DNA of 38,421 nucleotides from the NCBI RefSeq assembly GCF_000281045.1, contig NW_008246134.1, forward strand, positions 84,533-122,953. The letters are read 5' to 3'. This document shows positions 33,129-38,421 of the stretch, one piece after another; the first letter of the stretch is position 1, and each line of letters starts with the position of its first letter. Position numbers and translations under genes: made by a program. Origin of the DNA: Saprolegnia diclina VS20. Lineage: Eukaryota. The notes beneath the pieces are model-generated. The model was not told the origin of the DNA, did not search any database, and was given only the letters and a program-made list of their open reading frames with translations.

Positions 33129-34142
33129 ATGGCGCCGCAAGTGATTGACATTCGCGCCAAGCAAGCCGCGAGCGCGCCGGACCTCTGCCACGTCATTGCC
33201 GACGGACTCGCCGAGAAGGTGAGCCACGGCGACGAGAAGCCCGTGCGCCACGTGCCGTCGCTCGTGCTCTACGACGCGCACGGCCTCGAGATTTACGACC
33301 AAATCACGTACCTCGACGACTACTACCTCACGAACGCCGAGATCGACATCCTCGCGTCGTCCGCGGACGCGATGCTCGCCCACGTCAAGGACGGCGACAT
33401 CCTCATCGAGCTCGGCGTCGGCTCCATGCGCAAGACGTCGCACGTTCTCGACGCCATCGTCCGCGCCGGAAAGCGCGACACGACCTACTACGCCGTCGAC
33501 GTGAGCGAAGAGTCGCTGACGGAGGCGCTGGCGCCGCTCGTGTCGCAGTACCCGACGATCTCGTTCGTCGGGCTCTTTGGTACGTACGACGACTCGCTCG
33601 CATGGCTCCGGGACCACGCGCCCCGAGCCGCAGCCAAGACCTTTCTCTGGCTCGGCTCGACGATCGGAAACGTCGTGCGCACCGAAGCCGCGGCGTTCCT
33701 GCGGTCGATCCAAGAAACCGCAATGGTGACCGGCGACCACTTTATTGTGGGCATTGACCGCCGGAAGGAGGGCAGTACGGTCCAGGCCGCGTACAACGAC
33801 CCGAGCGGCCTCCACCGCGAGTTTGTTCTCAACAGTCTCTCGCACATGAACCACCTCTTCAACGCACCAGTCTTTGACCGCTCCAAGTTTGAACACAAGT
33901 CGATTTACAACGACGTTGAGGGCCGCCACGAAGCCCACTTGCAGTCGCTGGAGGCCCAGACGATTCACGTGCTCGGAAAGACCATTGGCCTCGAGAAGAA
34001 CGAGCTCATCCACGTTGCGTACTCGCACAAGTACTCGGAAGACGAGATGAAGCGCCTCGTGCAGAGCGCGGGCTTGCACTGGAACGACAAGTTTGCCGAC
34101 TCGCAGCAACGGTACGACGTGCACCTCTTTAGCAAGGCGTAA
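33129..34142 (+). CDS. EgtD/EasF-family (Methyltransf_33) amino-acid N-methyltransferase, stand-alone, intronless, 337 aa
   Basis: PSLVLYDAHGLEIYDQITYLDDYYLTNAEIDIL, LIELGVGSMRKT, YYAVDVS, WLGSTIGN, AAYNDPSG, FVLNSL, SHKYS. Confidence 0.93.
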   Translation: MAPQVIDIRAKQAASAPDLCHVIADGLAEKVSHGDEKPVRHVPSLVLYDAHGLEIYDQITYLDDYYLTNAEIDILASSADAMLAHVKDGDILIELGVGSMRKTSHVLDAIVRAGKRDTTYYAVDVSEESLTEALAPLVSQYPTISFVGLFGTYDDSLAWLRDHAPRAAAKTFLWLGSTIGNVVRTEAAAFLRSIQETAMVTGDHFIVGIDRRKEGSTVQAAYNDPSGLHREFVLNSLSHMNHLFNAPVFDRSKFEHKSIYNDVEGRHEAHLQSLEAQTIHVLGKTIGLEKNELIHVAYSHKYSEDEMKRLVQSAGLHWNDKFADSQQRYDVHLFSKA

Positions 34143-34256
34143 ACCGTTCGATTCCCAACAAATTCTACTATAAACAATAAACAAATTAGCTACCTGTATC
34201 CATCGACGAGAATGTGGACGCCACAATTTCATATTACATAGTCCTCGACGAGATCG

Positions 34257-36215
34257 CTAAGACCGAGAAGGGCGCGCTACTTGAAGCGGGCGGTCGCAGT
34301 AGGCATCACAGCGACCGAGGAGCGCGTGTTTCGTCTCCTCCAGCACGTACGATGGCCCATATTCAGAGAGGAACATGCCTTCGGGGTACTGCATGCTCGG
34401 CACGGCGGTTCCAAACACCGAGTAGTCGCATCGTAGTGGAAAGAACGCCGTGCGCGGCAACTCGTCGACGGCGGTTTGCACGTGGATGTGCTCGTTGTCG
34501 CGTGTCGGCCACCACAGGTACAAATCGACGTACGGTGTCCCGTGGTCGGGCGACGTCACGACCGGTGCCTACGCCGCAAAATCAGCTCGTTTTGGCGTTT
34601 GTCAAAGTGAACTTGGCTGTACGTGCGGTGCGTAGACCAGCGACGCTACTGGATGGTGTCGCGCCATGCACGCCGAGTGGACGCCCGTATGAAACAGAAA
34701 GTACCCGCGAGCCCACAGGAGCTCTTGTACATAGTCCCAGTCGACGTCAGCAGACACAGCAATGTCGACATCCGGTGTGTGCGCGAGCACGCGCCCATAG
34801 CGCCACGCACCTACGTCGCCACCAGCGCAATGGGTTCTCCGAACGCATCGTTGCACGCTCACCGAGCAGCGTGCCAAAATGCACAAAAGCAATGTAATAC
34901 TCGGTCCGCAGCACCTCGAGGATGTCGTCCAAGAGCAAATGCAAGACCGCCGACCGACACGGACGCCCGCGCGGTGTTTCAAACAGTGTCGACTTGTCGG
35001 CGACGTCGCACGTCTGCGGTTGCATCGGGAGGCAATGACGCCACGGCGCGGCGTCACGAAGCGCGTTCATGGTCTCGAGGGGTGCGAGGTCGACAGTGTG
35101 CTGGGCCGCAACCGCTATCGCATCCTTTGACACGGCATGTACCAATCGATGGAAGCGCTCGGCGGCGGCGTCGTCTCGGGCGCAGCGCGGGAGGTTTGGC
35201 ACCGTGTTCTTCGCAAAGATGCGCGTTGCATTCGGTGGCGCGCAGTAGGCTTCGCAGCTGACACTTGGGTACGTCGGCGACGGCGCCGTCGTATCGAAAA
35301 ACGCTGATGGAAAGTGTGGCGTCGGGATCGATCCGGTGTAGAGCGGTCGACAGCGCAGCGGAAAGAGGGATTGATGCACATAATGCGTGGCGTCGCTGCC
35401 GCGCAACGTCACGTGACTCGTCGTTGTCAGCGTCCAGAGCGAGTTGTGGACCTCGAGATGTGTCCAGCGAAGGTACGGGATGCCGCTATCGGGCCCGACG
35501 ACCGACGGCAAACTGCCGTCGCCGACGAGGGACGCCAGCGGATGGTGGGCGGCGATGCACGAAACGCGACCGCGCTGCGCATCGATGAACGTCGCCACGC
35601 CGCGGCGCCACAACAATGACGCACTCGCGCTGTCTGAAGCACTTGTTGCGACCTACTTGGCACAATGCTCATGAGAAAGCGGTTTGCCGGTCGGTTGTCG
35701 TACATCGACTTCGAGCACGCTGGGCGGTAGGGCCTCAAACTCCCACACGTGGCGCAGTGCTGGCCCTATAAGAAATGCAACGTGGTTCTGCCGATGCAGC
35801 GCCTGCCACGAGGTCAAGACGCGTCACAATGGAGGCTGCGTACGTCCACAGCGTCGAGCAAAAGGCGATGGCCGATGGCCGATCGGCATTTCTTGTCCGT
35901 AGCCGGGTGCGTGCGCAGCGACGCCGCATCGCCTACAAGGAGGCCGCACTCGTGCATTCGCAGCGGCAAGCAGTCCCTCCATGCCATCGACGGCGGCGCG
36001 TCCGAGTGCACCGCCACGTCAAAGAATGGGGCATCGGTCGAGCATGCAGCGGCAGTAGTAGGGTACCGCGCGAGAACTTCGCTCCTACGTGCAATGTAAG
36101 CGTCTCTCGACTGCGCCTGCTCGTACGTGATGGCTCGCTGGACCCGCACGTGCAGTAGACTCAGAAGCAGCAGCACGAGCACGCCGGCCAGCCGCCAGCG
36201 CTGACTTTTTCGCAT
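34257..36215 (-). CDS. Membrane-anchored protein with two LicD/fukutin-like nucleotidyltransferase-fold domains, about 5 exons
   Basis: N-terminal TM (LAGVLVLLLLSLL); second domain HFGTLLGAWRYGRVLAHTPDVDIA (across intron 34811-34862), PYVDLY, LSEYG; the first domain is a diverged internal repeat. Confidence 0.8.
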
Positions 36216-38170
36216 CACCGAGAGTGTGTGTTGGTGAATGTATGTCGATGAGTCGCAAATGGATATGGCGCGCGGCTGCTCCAGTTTGGCCTTGCGCGAC
36301 CCAAACACCTGCCATTGCTTTCTTGGGAGCGAGCGACGGCAGGTAATACACGGCCATCACTTGGGGCGCTCGGGCAATCCAAGTCGCGTTCCGTCGACGC
36401 TGGCCGGCTGTCCGTGCGCCGCGTCGCCGACGTATGCTCTGGCCTCAAGTCGTCCATTCCAGTGGTTTGGCTGATCTTGCACCTGTGGCTGGTGGCTTTG
36501 GGCTGGAGAACTCTACGTGAGCTGGTATTTCAGGAGGCGCGCTCGTTGCCAGCAAAGGGGCCAACAGCGGCAGATTGGCGAGGCTGTCGAGGCTCGACAG
36601 GGAAGTGCCACATCGAAAGTACTGGAGGTCTGGCTGGGCTTTGCGCGCAGCCTTGTCGCGACTTCTGATTGTTGACCATTCGCGTCGAGGCCGAGGTCGA
36701 CGCTGAGGTCGAAAGAGGCGTAGCCCTCCAAATAGAGCCGTGCTTGGTCGTGAGGATCCAGTTGTCGCGCGGTTGGTGGTGCCGTACCGTGATGACTCTT
36801 GTGGCCGCAACCTCTTGGGCAGCGCCGGGCCGTCGTTTCCGTCGGGAATGTCAAAGCATCGGTGTCATGACCGGACGGCGTCGGGTCGTCGTTGCCGCCA
36901 CTGTCGTGGCTGGATGTCTCGTAGCGGTCCCAACGTCGTAGCGTAAGTGCGAAAGCCAAGTAGAGCGGTGTCGGCAGTGGGGGGTATATGTTTGTTGCGA
37001 GTAGTAGTGCCGTAATCTCACAGCGTTGAATGGCGCGGGTGCCAATGTCGCAGCAAAGCGAAATTTGCGGCATGCTATCGAGACGATCGAGCTTGTGCTG
37101 CCGCCGCAATCGTCGTGTACGAGCGGGGCCTTGTCGCTGCTGCCGCTAGCGTCGTTTGTCGTGTTCGTGGCTTGGCGGCGTCGTTGGAGTAACCGATCCG
37201 TATCGAGTTGCCGCGGTCGTCGTCGCGGCCATTGTCGTGGACTGGCGGCGTCACGGTAGAGGGTTGATATGCTAGTTGTGATTGTGCAGATCCGTGCGGC
37301 TGCATTGGTTGTCGAGGCTAAGCAGTACTGGGTGGTTCGCTGCTGCTGTCGCGACCGACCGTTCGCGCTGGTGCCATGTCAGAGGAATGCAACATGGGCA
37401 CCGCCGTTGTCATGGCGGAGCAATGCTGTGGCACCGCTTCTATTTGCAGAAATGTCATTCATATGTTGAAGATGTCTGCGGTTTCGAGGTGCCCCTATTT
37501 GTAGCCAAGGAAAGGACTGCAATCAAAATCGAAACTTGGCAGGCAGATGCCATGTCCAGCATTGGCTGGCCTGTGCCTGCATCTCCTCAGAGCTCTCATT
37601 CGACGCTACCCATACGTTGAAACAACTAGATAGCTACCTTCAGGTGTCCACTCTGGAGCACTTGGTCCATCGCGACGTGGAGCATCGCACACCACACCAT
37701 GGCGCGCCGGCCGATCCATGGTGTGTCAGGTATCGCGCAATCCTCCGACGCGACCACGGGACACCTCGCAAGACGCCGTCAACTTTGCTTCGGAGCGGAC
37801 ACCAGTAAAGTAGTCTTATTGAAGTGGATGCTAGACTCTCATGCCCATAAACAGCAAAAGTGGCGACAACTTTGGCCAGTGCCGGGACAGTGCCTTCGGC
37901 GAATGATGTTGGTCATGGTTGCTTGCACGCACTTCATTGCGCACGAATCTGCTTACAAGATCATGCGAAACAGCGATACGTACACGAGCATGATGCTTAT
38001 TGCGTCCATGACACATTGCACGGCAGTAGTTCCAACTGGTGCCAAGCACGGGTTGTTGCTGCAACTCCGTCGACGACGAATCCCAAACAAAAGTAATATG
38101 AAAAGATGTATATTTATGCATTTGTCAGCACTCATGGTGGACGTCAATATCCTACTCTCGGATGGTGTGC

Positions 38171-38421
38171 TTACGCGCGGAGGTTGCGGTAGGCAGGGAT
38201 CGAACCCGCCGGTGTCGGCGAAGGAACCGAGGCGGCCGGCGTCGGCGACGGAACCGAGGCAGCGGGCGTAGGCACGTAGCTCGACGGGATAGTCGTGGCA
38301 GGAGACGACGGGAAGACACAGCCGTAGGCACCCGACGGGATCTTTTGGCAGATGGCGTCGACAGGCGCGACGCACTTGCCCGCATCCACGTAGCTCTTGA
38401 GCGCCTTGAGGCAGTCGGCGA
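38171..38421 (-). CDS. 3' end of an oomycete Cys-rich 'carbohydrate-binding'/mucin-like surface protein (partial)
   Basis: ADCLKALKSYVDAGKCVAPVDAICQKIPSGAYGCVF followed by a Pro/Ser/Thr-rich tail with PTPAASVPS repeats, ending RNLRA*. Confidence 0.75.
   Translation of the reverse strand, partial: ADCLKALKSYVDAGKCVAPVDAICQKIPSGAYGCVFPSSPATTIPSSYVPTPAASVPSPTPAASVPSPTPAGSIPAYRNLRA

Noticed and set aside
33090..34232. 380-aa antisense ORF over the methyltransferase, and similar shadow ORFs (711-1460, 5968-6888, 22801-23550, 26643-27530)
   Set aside because: Expected by-product of GC-rich third codon positions on the coding strand; no motifs

Overview
Gene-dense, GC-rich eukaryotic DNA with many very short (about 42-55 nt) GT-AG introns, oomycete-type INR/FPR promoter elements and an oomycete-type Cys-rich mucin gene. 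It is inferred to be an oomycete, probably Saprolegnia-like. Genes reconstructed by hand, in order: a cytidine-deaminase-fold protein with an unexplained Rossmann/CARF-like N-terminal domain, an RMD1/DUF155 protein, two tandem frameshifted copies of a degenerate 2OG-Fe(II)-oxygenase-like gene, TRM61, an ankyrin protein, an S41/CPAF-like peptidase, a DHHC palmitoyltransferase whose catalytic Cys sits in a 9-nt microexon, VPS20/CHMP6, a compact SerK-like (ParB/Srx fold) protein, two CNNM (DUF21-CBS) paralogues, a SAP-like protein, two disrupted P450s, a DUF726 hydrolase, a stand-alone intronless EgtD/EasF-family methyltransferase, a double LicD-like protein and the 3' end of a mucin-like gene. 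Best leads: the CARF-like/deaminase fusion, the EgtD homologue with apparently non-histidine specificity residues near the P450s, the SerK-like protein, and two intergenic motifs (ATCCGGAT, GTCAAGTGAC) that co-occur in a duplicated ORF-less structured segment at about 20.6-20.9 kb. No database searches were run; family calls rest on recalled motifs.
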